Shown piece after piece: positions 1-10,300 of a stretch of DNA of 34,472 bases (the stretch's first letter is position 1; every line of letters starts with the position of its first letter). A program made the translations under genes and the position numbers. The notes below the pieces were generated by a model. The model was not told where the DNA came from. It saw nothing but the letters and a program-made list of their open reading frames with translations, and did not search any database. The stretch comes from a virus (Duplodnaviria; Heunggongvirae; Uroviricota; Caudoviricetes): positions 1 to 34,472 of IMG/VR virus record IMGVR_UViG_2878528002_000001, one strand, 5' to 3'.

Positions 1-2634
1 ATGGCAAAATGGGTTTACATGTTTACAGAAGGTAACGCTAATATGAGAAACCTTCTGGGTGGTAAAGGTGCCAACCTTGCTGAAATGACTAACCTTGGTC
101 TTCCTGTACCGCAGGGCTTCACAATCACAACAGAAGCTTGTACTCAGTACTATGAAGACGGAAGACAGATCAATGATGAGATCATGGCTCAGATCATGGA
201 AGCAATCACTAAAATGGAAGGAGTTACCGGTAAGAAATTCGGTGACAAAGAAAATCCTCTGCTTGTTTCCGTTCGTTCTGGTGCCAGAGCTTCCATGCCT
301 GGTATGATGGATACTATCCTGAACCTTGGTTTAAATGAAGAAGTAGTTAATACTCTTGCAGAAAAATCCAACAACCCACGTTGGGCTTGGGACTGCTACA
401 GAAGATTCATTCAGATGTATTCTGACGTAGTTATGGAAGTTGGTAAGAAATATTTCGAAGAGCTGATCGACGAAATGAAAACTAAGAGAGGCGTTAAACA
501 GGACGTTGAACTTACAGCTGAAGACCTTAAAGAACTTGCAGAACAGTTCAAAGCTGAATATAAAGAAAAAATCGGTGCTGATTTCCCAACTGATCCGAAG
601 GAACAGTTAATGGGTGCTATCAAAGCCGTATTCCGTTCTTGGGACAACCCGCGTGCAAACGTTTATCGTCGTGACAACGATATTCCATATTCCTGGGGTA
701 CCGCTGTAAACGTACAGATGATGGCATTCGGTAACATGGGAGATGACTGTGGTACAGGTGTTGCCTTCACACGTGACCCTGCTACAGGAGCTAATGGTCT
801 GTTCGGTGAATTCCTGACAAATGCTCAGGGTGAAGACGTTGTTGCTGGTGTTCGTACACCTATGCATATCACTGAAATGGAACAGAAATTCCCAGAAGCA
901 TTCGTACAGTTCAAACAGGTTTGCAAAACTCTGGAAGATCACTACAGAGATATGCAGGACATGGAGTTCACTGTAGAGCATGGTAAACTGTACATGCTGC
1001 AGACACGTAATGGTAAGAGAACTGCTCAGGCTGCTCTGAAGATCGCTTGTGACCTTGTAGATGAGGGAATGAGAACAGAAGAAGAAGCTGTAGCAATGAT
1101 CGATCCACGTAACCTTGACACTCTGCTTCATCCGCAGTTCGATGCAGCTGCTCTGAAAGCCGCTACACCGATGGGCAAAGGTCTTGGAGCTTCTCCAGGA
1201 GCTGCTTGCGGTAAGATCGTATTCACAGCTGATGACGCTGTTGAATGGGCAGAAAGAGGAGAAAAAGTTGTTCTGGTTCGTCTTGAGACATCTCCAGAAG
1301 ATATCACAGGTATGAAATCTGCTCAGGGTATCCTGACAGTTCGTGGTGGTATGACTTCTCACGCTGCAGTAGTTGCCCGTGGTATGGGTGAGTGCTGTGT
1401 ATCCGGATGCGGTGATATCGCTATGGATGAAGAAAACAAGAAATTCACACTGGCTGGAAAAGAATTCCACGAAGGAGACTTCATCTCCATCGATGGTACA
1501 ACAGGTAACATCTACGACGGAATCATTCCGACTGTAGACGCTACAATCGCTGGTGAGTTCGGCCGTATCATGGCTTGGGCTGACAAATACAGAACTATGA
1601 AAGTTCGTACAAATGCAGATACACCGGCTGACGCTAAGAAAGCAGTTGAGCTTGGTGCAGAAGGTATCGGTCTTTGCCGTACAGAGCATATGTTCTTCGG
1701 TGAGGGACGTATCGATGCATTCCGTGAAATGATCTGCTCTACAACAGTTGAAGAAAGAGAAAAAGCTCTTGCAAAAGTTCTTCCATATCAGCAGGGAGAC
1801 TTCGAAGGACTGTTTGAAGCTCTGGAAGGTAACCCGGTTACTATCCGTTTCCTGGATCCGCCGCTTCATGAGTTCGTTCCTACAGAAGAAGCTGACATCA
1901 AGAAACTTGCAGATGCTCAGGGCAAAACTGTTGAAGAAATCAAGACAATCATTGATTCTCTCCATGAATTCAACCCGATGATGGGCCATCGTGGATGCCG
2001 TCTTGCAGTTACTTATCCAGAAATTGCTAAGATGCAGACAACAGCTGTTATCCGTGCAGCTATCAAAGTTAAAAATGCTCATCCGGATTGGGCAATCAAA
2101 CCGGAAATCATGATTCCGCTTGTTGGAGATATCAAAGAGCTTAAATATGTTAAGAAATTCGTAGTAGAAACTGCAGACGCTGAGATCAAAGCAGCTGGTT
2201 CCGACCTTCAGTATGAAGTTGGTACTATGATCGAGATCCCGAGAGCAGCTCTTACTGCTGATGAAATCGCTAAAGAAGCTGACTTCTTCTGCTTCGGTAC
2301 AAACGACCTTACACAGATGACATATGGCTTCTCTCGTGATGATGCAGGTAAATTCCTGAACGCATACTATGATGCTAAGATCTTCGAGAATGATCCATTT
2401 GCTAAACTTGATCAGGTTGGCGTTGGCAAACTGATGAAGATGGCAATCGAACTTGGAAGACCGGTTAACCCGAACCTTCATGTAGGTATCTGTGGAGAAC
2501 ACGGTGGAGATCCGTCCTCTGTAGAGTTCTGCCATAAGATTGGTCTTAACTATGTATCCTGCTCACCATTCCGTGTACCGATCGCTCGTCTTGCAGCAGC
2601 ACAGGCAGCAATCGCAGAAACAAAGGCGAAATAA
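1..2634 (+). CDS. ppdK: Pyruvate, phosphate dikinase
   Basis: 877 aa. N-terminus MAKWVY..LLGGKGANLAEM, phospho-His motif GGMTSHAAVVARG, and C-terminal GTNDLTQ and GICGEHGGDP motifs. Codon usage is strongly biased and host-like, and GC is visibly higher than downstream DNA. Confidence 0.99.
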   Translation: MAKWVYMFTEGNANMRNLLGGKGANLAEMTNLGLPVPQGFTITTEACTQYYEDGRQINDEIMAQIMEAITKMEGVTGKKFGDKENPLLVSVRSGARASMPGMMDTILNLGLNEEVVNTLAEKSNNPRWAWDCYRRFIQMYSDVVMEVGKKYFEELIDEMKTKRGVKQDVELTAEDLKELAEQFKAEYKEKIGADFPTDPKEQLMGAIKAVFRSWDNPRANVYRRDNDIPYSWGTAVNVQMMAFGNMGDDCGTGVAFTRDPATGANGLFGEFLTNAQGEDVVAGVRTPMHITEMEQKFPEAFVQFKQVCKTLEDHYRDMQDMEFTVEHGKLYMLQTRNGKRTAQAALKIACDLVDEGMRTEEEAVAMIDPRNLDTLLHPQFDAAALKAATPMGKGLGASPGAACGKIVFTADDAVEWAERGEKVVLVRLETSPEDITGMKSAQGILTVRGGMTSHAAVVARGMGECCVSGCGDIAMDEENKKFTLAGKEFHEGDFISIDGTTGNIYDGIIPTVDATIAGEFGRIMAWADKYRTMKVRTNADTPADAKKAVELGAEGIGLCRTEHMFFGEGRIDAFREMICSTTVEEREKALAKVLPYQQGDFEGLFEALEGNPVTIRFLDPPLHEFVPTEEADIKKLADAQGKTVEEIKTIIDSLHEFNPMMGHRGCRLAVTYPEIAKMQTTAVIRAAIKVKNAHPDWAIKPEIMIPLVGDIKELKYVKKFVVETADAEIKAAGSDLQYEVGTMIEIPRAALTADEIAKEADFFCFGTNDLTQMTYGFSRDDAGKFLNAYYDAKIFENDPFAKLDQVGVGKLMKMAIELGRPVNPNLHVGICGEHGGDPSSVEFCHKIGLNYVSCSPFRVPIARLAAAQAAIAETKAK

Positions 2635-2636
2635 TT

Positions 2637-2753
2637 CATATAAATTTCGTCATTACTTACAAAATGGCTCAAGATTATAGAAAGTCTATTGGTAAATATT
2701 TGCGTAGGAACCAATGGGATGATATAAATATTGATGTCGAGATAGGATTATAA
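2637..2753 (+). pseudogene. Probable 3' remnant of a phage large serine recombinase gene
   Basis: Frame HINFVITYKMAQDYRKSIGKYLRRNQWDDINIDVEIGL* has no RBS-supported start and ends just before a terminator. It resembles, from memory only, the C-termini of clostridial phage recombinases. Confidence 0.4.
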
Positions 2754-2791
2754 CAATTCTATCTGTGTCCAAGCAGTGTAACAAAATATTT

Positions 2792-2833
2792 CCTCATAGT
2801 GTGAGAAATCATGCTATGAGGTTTTATTTTTTT
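2792..2833 (+). terminator. Rho-independent terminator downstream of ppdK and the remnant
   Basis: CCTCATAGTGTGA-GAAA-TCATGCTATGAGG 13-bp stem with G-U pairs, followed by TTTTATTTTTTT. Confidence 0.8.
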
Positions 2834-3127
2834 ATAAACAAAAATAGCGCAACCATTAGGCACGCTATTTCTGCAACTCATATCATTTCATTGGTTATTC
2901 CTGTAACCAAATTAATAATAACATATTCTATATAAAATTACAAATTCGAAATATGTCGAAGTGAATATGATAATGTAGTATAAAGAGTGATGGCACAAGA
3001 CCGGACTGGGGTGTCATAAGCCTTGTGCCATTATAGGGGTTGCTGCTATCCATCTTTTGATAACAAGACAATAATATTATGACATCCATGTCAAATATTG
3101 TCAACTTATAATGTCAACTTGAAAAGT

Positions 3128-3163
3128 AAAAAAATGGGATACCACAATTAAGTGATATCCCAT
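3128..3163 (-). terminator. Rho-independent terminator of the lysis cassette
   Basis: ATGGGATA..TATCCCAT stem with a T7 run on the minus strand, downstream of the holin. Confidence 0.7.
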
Positions 3164-3342
3164 AAATATTGTCAACTTTTAAATTTCAGATACGGATGCT
3201 GACTTCCGAGTAAATTCTAACTTACATATCTGAGTCCGTAAGTATTATAGAAATATATACTTCACCACGAAGCGTATACTGCATCTAAAATCAATTCTAA
3301 GTGATAATCCTTAGAAATAAATCATTTAAAGTCGATTTTGGT

Positions 3343-3612
3343 TCAAATTTCGTCCTTCTTAGGCTCTGTATATCCAAGTGCCTGAATGCTATCCGTGATA
3401 CCGTCAGTAGTCGGGTCAGTTACAATACCAAGAATTGTCAGTACTGCAAATACAGCATTAACAACAGCTAAAAGCTTATTACCCATATCGCCCAAGTCAA
3501 TAGTAATTCCGAATACAGCAGCTACAACCTGAATCAGCAGCAGTACTGCCGGAATGAGTGCGATCCAGAATGCTTTATTTTTAATTCTTACAGTCCAGTT
3601 AATGTTTTTCAT
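3343..3612 (-). CDS. Phage holin, phi LC3 family
   Basis: 89 aa with two TM segments. INWTVRIKNKAFW start and GIVTDPTT.G..DS motif are typical of LC3 holins. Lies next to the endolysin. Confidence 0.92.
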   Translation of the reverse strand: MKNINWTVRIKNKAFWIALIPAVLLLIQVVAAVFGITIDLGDMGNKLLAVVNAVFAVLTILGIVTDPTTDGITDSIQALGYTEPKKDEI

Positions 3613-4215
3613 TTAAATACCTTCTTTCTGTGAATAAATACTCCCATCAGGATAATGAATTTCTAATGCCTCAACTTCAGGTAAAAGCTTGGAATGATAG
3701 ATATCATTTCCTCCGCTTTGTTCGTAAAGCTTTCCCATCTCAATGAACGTTTTTAATCCGTCTGGAGTAACATACCCTTGGTTTATAAAGTCTTTGTGCA
3801 TGCGCCATAAAGAGCTTCTAAAAGAAGCTACTGTGCGATCATTTTGAGTGTTAATAAAATCTTGCATCATCTGAGATAATTCGGTTATCTGACCGCTTAA
3901 TCCTTCTTGATTTTCTTTCAATTCATCTCTAATCTGAATACTTTGTTCGTGATAACCTTTTTGTTTCCGGTACAGAGAATTTTCACGATCTTCAATTTCA
4001 TTACGAAGCTGTTTAACGGCTTTCTCAAGATCAATAATTCTTTGTTCCTGAGCTTTTTTATATAAACTAGATTTTGTTTCAAGTCCTAATATTTCCATTA
4101 TTTTTTTGCCAATTGTAACAAGTGCGATAATGATAATTGCGATATATAATAATGATACAAGAACATTTAATTCCCCTATTTTGTGAACTTGTTTTATAGC
4201 TTCAATTCCATCCAT
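3613..4215 (-). CDS. Phage lysis-module membrane/coiled-coil protein
   Basis: 200 aa with an N-terminal TM helix, a coiled coil and a YEQSGGN motif. GGAGG RBS. Abuts both the holin and the endolysin. Confidence 0.75.
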   Translation of the reverse strand: MDGIEAIKQVHKIGELNVLVSLLYIAIIIIALVTIGKKIMEILGLETKSSLYKKAQEQRIIDLEKAVKQLRNEIEDRENSLYRKQKGYHEQSIQIRDELKENQEGLSGQITELSQMMQDFINTQNDRTVASFRSSLWRMHKDFINQGYVTPDGLKTFIEMGKLYEQSGGNDIYHSKLLPEVEALEIHYPDGSIYSQKEGI

Positions 4216-4227
4216 ATTACACCTCCA

Positions 4228-5949
4228 TTACTGTTTATCAACATGTCCAGAGAAGATATAGCCATAGATTTTGCCACCGATACAGATGTAGTACCAATCA
4301 TTACCAGAAGCAGATTTTATTGTGTCACAAACATCAACAAGATTACCTTTGTTCAGTGTTGGGTAAGATGTTAATTGAGCATATTTTTTACCTGGATTTT
4401 TACGTACAGGTGCATTGTTTTTATTTACTTTTCCGACAAATTTACGAACTTTTGATGGGGCTTTAGAAGTAGTAGAAGATGTATTTTTAGACTTAGCAGC
4501 GATTACAGCATTAAGTTTTGTAATTGTGTTTTTACCAGCAACACCGTCAACTTCGAGATTATATTTCTTCTGGAAAGAAGTGACAGCAGCTTTTGTTGCG
4601 GAACCATATTCACCATCAACTGTAAGCTTATATCCAACCTTGTTAAGCTTAGTCTGAAGTGTTTTTACAGCATCACCTTTGTCCCCAACCGTGAGATAAT
4701 TCTTTGTATTTGTATGAGTTGTTGGAATAGAAGTAGAAGAATTCCCAGATACAATAGATATTACAAGAGAGTAGTTAGGAGTACAGAATTTAGTTCCTGG
4801 AAGCTTTGAATTGTAATAAGATTTGGCACATACACCACCGCCATTAGCAACAATACCAGAAGCACCAGATGTATTTCCTTCAATTGTCCAGAACTTATCA
4901 CCCCGAACCTTTGTTACTAATCCTGTATGTCTGAATTCACCAGAACGATAGAAGATTACAATATCTCCAACTTTCGGATTTGCGTTTTTAGTGAAAAGAG
5001 ATCCTAATGTTGGACAGTATACATAAGGCCAATGTTTAAGCAATTTTTTCGCCATTGTAAGACCAAATGCTTTCATAAAGCACCATGAAACGAATGCGGC
5101 ACACCATGGCTCAGTCTGATATGCAGGGTATATATCTCGCCAGTATTTTGTAAAATTGTTATATCCAGCATTGGCTGTTTTACTATTTAATTGAGCATTT
5201 GATTTTTTCTCAAGATAGCCAATTTCATTCTGAGCAGTTTTAATTACAGCGTTAATTGCCTGTTCTTTTGTTGTTTTATTTGTCATAGTATTATTTCCTT
5301 TATTTGTGTTACTTGAAATGGAAGAATTGGTAGAATTACCAAGAAGTTTAGGATTATAGCAGATATCTCCATCGAAGTTCTGATTGAATCCAGCCAATCT
5401 AGCTCGACTAGAATACTGGAAAATATCACATGAAATTGGGCTTTCATGGTAAGAATAATCTGATTTATAATGAGCATACCAGAGATAATAGCCTTTATTT
5501 TTTACACGGTCTGAATACATTGTCTTGTAATAATCATCATTGCAATAATAACCAGGAGCAATTCCTGCTGCTTTTACAGTATCGCAAAAAGCAATTGTAA
5601 AATCATTACATTCTTTTGAGCCAAGAGTTATTCCTTGTGCTTTAGCTTTCTTTACTGTATCATATTCGAAATCGTAAAAAATTGTTGGAATATTATACGG
5701 TTTACATGCATTGATACAAATCGTTGCTTCATTTTTAGCTTGAGCTACATTTAAAGCATAAGTAAACCAGTAAGCACCAATAATCTTAATACCTACTGAC
5801 TGACAAGCTTTAGCGTACTGATCAAACCTAGAATCTTTAGTTGTTCCGTAACCGGCTCTAAGAATAATATAATTGATGCCAGCCGATTTAAGCTTTTTGA
5901 AATCGAGATTACCTTGCCAGTAACTAATGTCAATTAATTTTGTAGACAT
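4228..5949 (-). CDS. Modular endolysin: GH25 muramidase + CHAP + PG-binding + SH3-like domain
   Basis: IDISYWQG and DFEYD (GH25); WCAAFVSW, HTGLV and IEGNT (CHAP); GDKGDAVKTLQTKL..VDGEYG..FQKKYNL.VDG (PG_binding_1). Start placed at ATG 5949 because AAGGAGG lies 9 nt upstream. Confidence 0.93.
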   Translation of the reverse strand: MSTKLIDISYWQGNLDFKKLKSAGINYIILRAGYGTTKDSRFDQYAKACQSVGIKIIGAYWFTYALNVAQAKNEATICINACKPYNIPTIFYDFEYDTVKKAKAQGITLGSKECNDFTIAFCDTVKAAGIAPGYYCNDDYYKTMYSDRVKNKGYYLWYAHYKSDYSYHESPISCDIFQYSSRARLAGFNQNFDGDICYNPKLLGNSTNSSISSNTNKGNNTMTNKTTKEQAINAVIKTAQNEIGYLEKKSNAQLNSKTANAGYNNFTKYWRDIYPAYQTEPWCAAFVSWCFMKAFGLTMAKKLLKHWPYVYCPTLGSLFTKNANPKVGDIVIFYRSGEFRHTGLVTKVRGDKFWTIEGNTSGASGIVANGGGVCAKSYYNSKLPGTKFCTPNYSLVISIVSGNSSTSIPTTHTNTKNYLTVGDKGDAVKTLQTKLNKVGYKLTVDGEYGSATKAAVTSFQKKYNLEVDGVAGKNTITKLNAVIAAKSKNTSSTTSKAPSKVRKFVGKVNKNNAPVRKNPGKKYAQLTSYPTLNKGNLVDVCDTIKSASGNDWYYICIGGKIYGYIFSGHVDKQ

Positions 5950-5982
5950 GTTATGCAACCTCCTTTTTAAATTTTGTTTACA

Positions 5983-6011
5983 TTGACAAACATATGTTTG
6001 CTTTGTATAAT
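5983..6011 (+). promoter_or_regulatory. Consensus sigmaA promoter with a palindromic operator in the spacer
   Basis: TTGACA-17 nt-TATAAT exact consensus. The perfect palindrome CAAACATATGTTTG (5987..6000) overlaps the -35 and spacer. Confidence 0.8.
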
Positions 6012-6095
6012 ATTAATAATGAAATTTTGAGATTCGAACTTGATAGCTTTAAGCTATAGAAATAGAAGATTAAAAAGATTAGAAAGGTTAGAATT

Positions 6096-6362
6096 ATGAT
6101 AGATAATACGTACAATTACATCCCCATCCCCGTGATCGCTTCATTCAATACTTCTGGAGATTTTATGCCAATTTGGTTTCGTTATAACGACTGCGTATAT
6201 GACGTAGCGGTAAGTTCACATAAAGAAACCTATAATTCCAAAATATTTTATTGTGAAATCATAAAAGCATCAAATGAAGATGAGGGGAATTATATGATTG
6301 GGAAAAGAATAGAAATCATATATTATGAAAGAAATCATATTTGGGGAATTGTAAAGAACTAA
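6096..6362 (+). CDS. Small hypothetical protein (moron-like, antisense to the late operon)
   Basis: 88 aa, AGAAAGG RBS, own consensus promoter. Confidence 0.75.
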   Translation: MIDNTYNYIPIPVIASFNTSGDFMPIWFRYNDCVYDVAVSSHKETYNSKIFYCEIIKASNEDEGNYMIGKRIEIIYYERNHIWGIVKN

Positions 6363-6705
6363 ATAGAAAGAGCAAAAGAACAGTTGTAGATGGCAACTCT
6401 GTCCAAATTGCAGTAGGAAAATTTTTAGTTCCATGTTCCAGCTGTTTTTGTGTGATAAGTAAGAGTTGGAACATTGCATCCAAATAAAATGTACGCACCA
6501 TAATCTCCCCTTCCATATTTTTGGACGATCATTGAATATCTAAATGCAAAGATAAAATTTACAAAAACTATTATTCCTTCACTTACAGGTATCTTATTAT
6601 CAAAAACAATTTGTGCCGCTTGATCGGCTGATTGTGCCTCCGCTTGAGTAATTGTTCCTCCGTCAATGAATTTGAGTCCGGACGAGTTTACTATTTAGTT
6701 CATTA
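6352..6705. repeat. Inverted repeat pair (16/18 nt) flanking a fibre C-terminal cassette
   Basis: TAAAGAACTAAATAGAAA (+, 6352..6369) versus TAATGAACTAAATAGTAA (-, 6705..6688), with an identical 11-nt core GAACTAAATAG. Confidence 0.7.
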
Positions 6706-6971
6706 AGAGCTTGTACAAGGGTTTTTGATCCCTGGTCAAGTGTGAACTGTTTGGATGTGATTTTAGTAAGAATTGCATCTGCTAGTTTGTCATAATCTAT
6801 TAGTTTATCTTTTTTTTCAGTCGTATCTCGAATCATAATTTGATCCGTATCTGAAATATTATCTTTTGTAGTTTTGTTTTCCGTTTTTAACGCAGATACG
6901 CCATTACGAGCTTCTGTATCTTCAATATCATACGACGTACCATTTACATCAACAGAATTTACTGTTGCCAT
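6425..6971 (-). pseudogene. Small tail-fibre-associated protein with a 1-nt frameshift at ELNS(K/N)
   Basis: Annotated ORF 6663..6971 stops 8 codons after ELNS. Removing one A at 6687..6689 fuses it to an 87-codon open frame NSSGLKFIDGG...TYHTKTAGTWN* ending at 6425 (181 aa total). AGGAGG RBS. Confidence 0.7.
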
Positions 6972-6991
6972 ATAATTCCTCCTTTACAAAT

Positions 6992-7020
6992 AAAAAAGAG
7001 AGGGGTATATCCTCTCTTTT
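6992..7020 (-). terminator. Rho-independent terminator-like hairpin (potentially bidirectional)
   Basis: AAAAAA-GAGAGG-loop-CCTCTC-TTTT. Confidence 0.6.
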
Positions 7021-7048
7021 AAAATTCATTATTGAAAGTTCTATTTCA

Positions 7049-7357
7049 TCAGACATTTTCAGCCCCTTCGAACTCCGGAAGGGTTTTAAGATATTCATAA
7101 GCTTTTACGATGGTCATGGTACCGTCGTAATCGGGGTGAAGATACTGTGCATCATAATATGGGAATGAAATCAATCCAGAATCGATATCCTTATACTTTC
7201 CTTCGGCATAATCTTTCTCAATCTGACGACCATCTTCGGATAAATACGAATATAATAAAATAGTATTCTGCTGATTAACTTCCACTGAAATCATTGCTAT
7301 TCTATGGTACTCAGTGACAATACCATTTTTCGCTGTTACTTTTTTCTTTAATGCCAT
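7049..7357 (-). CDS. Phage protein, probable tail-fibre-associated/chaperone
   Basis: 102 aa, AAGGAG RBS, directly downstream of the fibre gene. Function is inferred from position only. Confidence 0.7.
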   Translation of the reverse strand: MALKKKVTAKNGIVTEYHRIAMISVEVNQQNTILLYSYLSEDGRQIEKDYAEGKYKDIDSGLISFPYYDAQYLHPDYDGTMTIVKAYEYLKTLPEFEGAENV

Positions 7358-7369
7358 GATAATTCTCCT

Positions 7370-10300
7370 TTAAACTCCGTATACTCGTCTGAGTACAAAC
7401 CACCGTTCATCTAATGTAATTCCGCTACTAGCCTTAAATGTAGCTTTATCGTTCTGAGCATTACCAACTATTTGAGTATCTTGCACAGAAACTCTTTTCA
7501 CGCCTGCCTTCCATCCTGACTCCCAAAACATGGTAAATACATAGTCATAGTTTATCGCTGTTTTAGGAACAAAGTAAGGATTCGTCATTACGTTAGTCAC
7601 CCCACCAGTTGTTGGATCGTATAACGCAAAAATAACTATTATCCCGTGAGGCTGCTGACTGATTGGAGCACTTAATGTTGCTGTCTGATCAGCGCGCATC
7701 CAAACAAACCCATCCCATAGACATGGAGTTTGACCATTATACGCAGCAAGAAGCGTTGAATTATTGTAGTATTGAATGGCATGCGAATAATTGATTAGGG
7801 CTCTATTTCCATTCGAGCCATTGGTATGTATCTCTACTTGCGAAGTACTTTTGTTTGTAATAACATTAACTGAAGAATATCCTGCATCACCATCACTGTA
7901 TAGACTTGCCGATGAATCACGAACGGTTAATGTTGAATGACCTTGAGTATCAGTTACGCTTGCTAACACTTCACGTTCCCCAGACATCCCGTTCAAACTT
8001 ATTAATGCATTGACTTTATCACTGCTCGGATCAGTACTGCCGGTTCCAATAGTCATCATGTCAGTCGATAACAAATGAGCGTCATAGAAAGTTGTACCTT
8101 CAATCGTTTGTTTCTGTCCAATAAGTTTCACGATTCCATTAAGGAAACTAATCGTGGCGGTACTGGTATTTTTACCAATCTCAATCAAACTCTCTGCAAA
8201 GCTTGACAAGACATTAGACCCGTTCCGGATATTTACCGAACGATCATCAATATTGACATTTCGTCCAAGGGTATTTTTCGTAAGATTACCAACAGTCAGA
8301 CCAGAAATATCGAACTTCATATAATTGGTGGCTGTTTTGGCGGCGTTTGACGCTTCTTTACGGGCTGTGTCAGCTGTAGATTTAGCACTAGAGGCTGTAG
8401 AATTAGCGTTATTAGCTATAGATTTAGCTTGAGTCGCTGTACCCATAGCTTCTGATGATGTGCTATTAGCTTTATTCAGAGCATCCGCTAACACAGGAGT
8501 CGTCGTGGTAGTGGTATTATCGTTCCACGTCTGATATGTCCTTGTCCAAATATACTTGCCAGATACCCAGCTAGGCTGAGTGTTGCTCCAAGAACCACCC
8601 GACTGAGTTGTATTGGATGTAGATAAATAATACTGATCAACGGCTGATTTAAGGCCCTTACCTGTTGATCCTTGAGGGCCTGTTGCGCCAGTAGCACCTT
8701 TTTCGCCTTGTAGACCTTTAGGTCCCTGAGCACCTGTAGCGCCTTTTTCACCCTGCGGTCCTTGAGCACCTGTAGCTCCTTTATCACCCTTGTCACCTTT
8801 GGCGCCAGTGCTACCTGTGATACAAACACCGTTTGCTGAGGGCTGGTATTCTGTAGTTCCATTATTCTTCACTACATACGTACGTTTCCAGATATATTTA
8901 CCGTTTTCCCACGTAGGCTGTGAATTACTCCATGATCCGCCAGACAAAGAAGTTGGAGAAGTAGATTTGTAGAACTGTTCCGTGGTACTCTTAACCGTGT
9001 TTTGGGCTGTCGATACGGCACTTGACGCATTCTTATTCGCATTATCGGCAGCACTTTTCGCAGCGTTTGCAGTTTCCAGTGTAACACTCCAGCTGCTAGA
9101 ATCCTGTTCTACTTTGGACATTCTTTTTCCGAGATCATCCGTAGTAGATACCTGTTGAGTGATTTTATCAGACAGGACCTTAATAGAAGCATCTGTCTCA
9201 GTCTTTGTGTAGTAGTCTTCCGGTGCTGGTGACCAGTCTGTTACTTTGTTACCTTTTTCGATTTTAATGCCGCATACATACATTTCGCAATTGGATGAAC
9301 CTGTGTATAAATAAATATAAGCTATCGATTGTAAACAATCTTTAGTTGGAGACTTTGTAAGTGTTATCCTGGTCCATTTGTTTGCTTCTACTGCTACAGG
9401 ATCTCCAACACCACTTACATCATCTTTGTTACTCCAATGAGTTTGCAATTTAACTTTTGCGTTCTCAGTACATTTAACCCATGCAGAAACTGTGTAAGTT
9501 TCCCCTGAGCGTAAACCTGCAAAATCATCTTGGCAAAATCCAATTTGCGAAGTGTTATCTTTTCTAGTTACAAGAATACCTTTGGTGATTGAGGGTATGG
9601 GGGAATCATTTATATCGACATTACTTATACTTCCGGTGCCAGAACGTCGCCATGTGCCAGTATCCCACGTTCCATTTCCAATCGGTAATGTAGCGGTATT
9701 TTTAGCTAAATTCCTTCCACCAATATTAATATTATCGATAGCTTCAGTAACTTCTGTCTTCTTTGCTCTTAGCTCGATTTCTTCCTTATTCTTTTTAATA
9801 GTAGTCTCTGCTTCTGTGACTTTTGTAGTCAGAGCCGTGAGATTTTTAGTTGCAGTATCGGCAGTACTCTTAGCCTGATCAGCTGTAGTTTTAGCGGTAC
9901 CAGCAACTGATGAAGCATTTGACGCTACCTGACTTGCAGAATCGGCGGTTGATTTAGCATCACTGGCAGTCTTACTTGCTCCTTCTGCTGTTGACTTGGC
10001 AGCATTTGCAGTACTATTGGCTGTCGAAGCTGCCGACGAAGCACTGGATGCAACACTAGCGGCATTATCAGCCGTCTTCTTAACATCTTCAATTGCATCC
10101 GCTACATTTGACGAACCAATAAACAAATCTTCTACAGCAATTGCAAGTTTATACTTACCTTCACTGACTCGGTAGAATTTCACATACTGGCTGGCATTAC
10201 CAAAATTAAACTGTCCGTCATTGGCAAAATAAATACCTTGAGAAATACTAGCTACAGATGATTTATCCTTTGAATGAATAGCAGACGCCCCAATTACAAA

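Noticed and set aside
607-2535. 642-aa minus-strand ORF
   Set aside because: Antisense shadow of the codon-biased ppdK gene. Cys/Ser/Phe-rich and without recognisable motifs.
6270-6516. ORFs 6270..6479 and 6316..6516 (minus)
   Set aside because: Alternative frames overlapping the more protein-like 87-codon cassette (6688..6425) and the plus-strand 88-aa gene.
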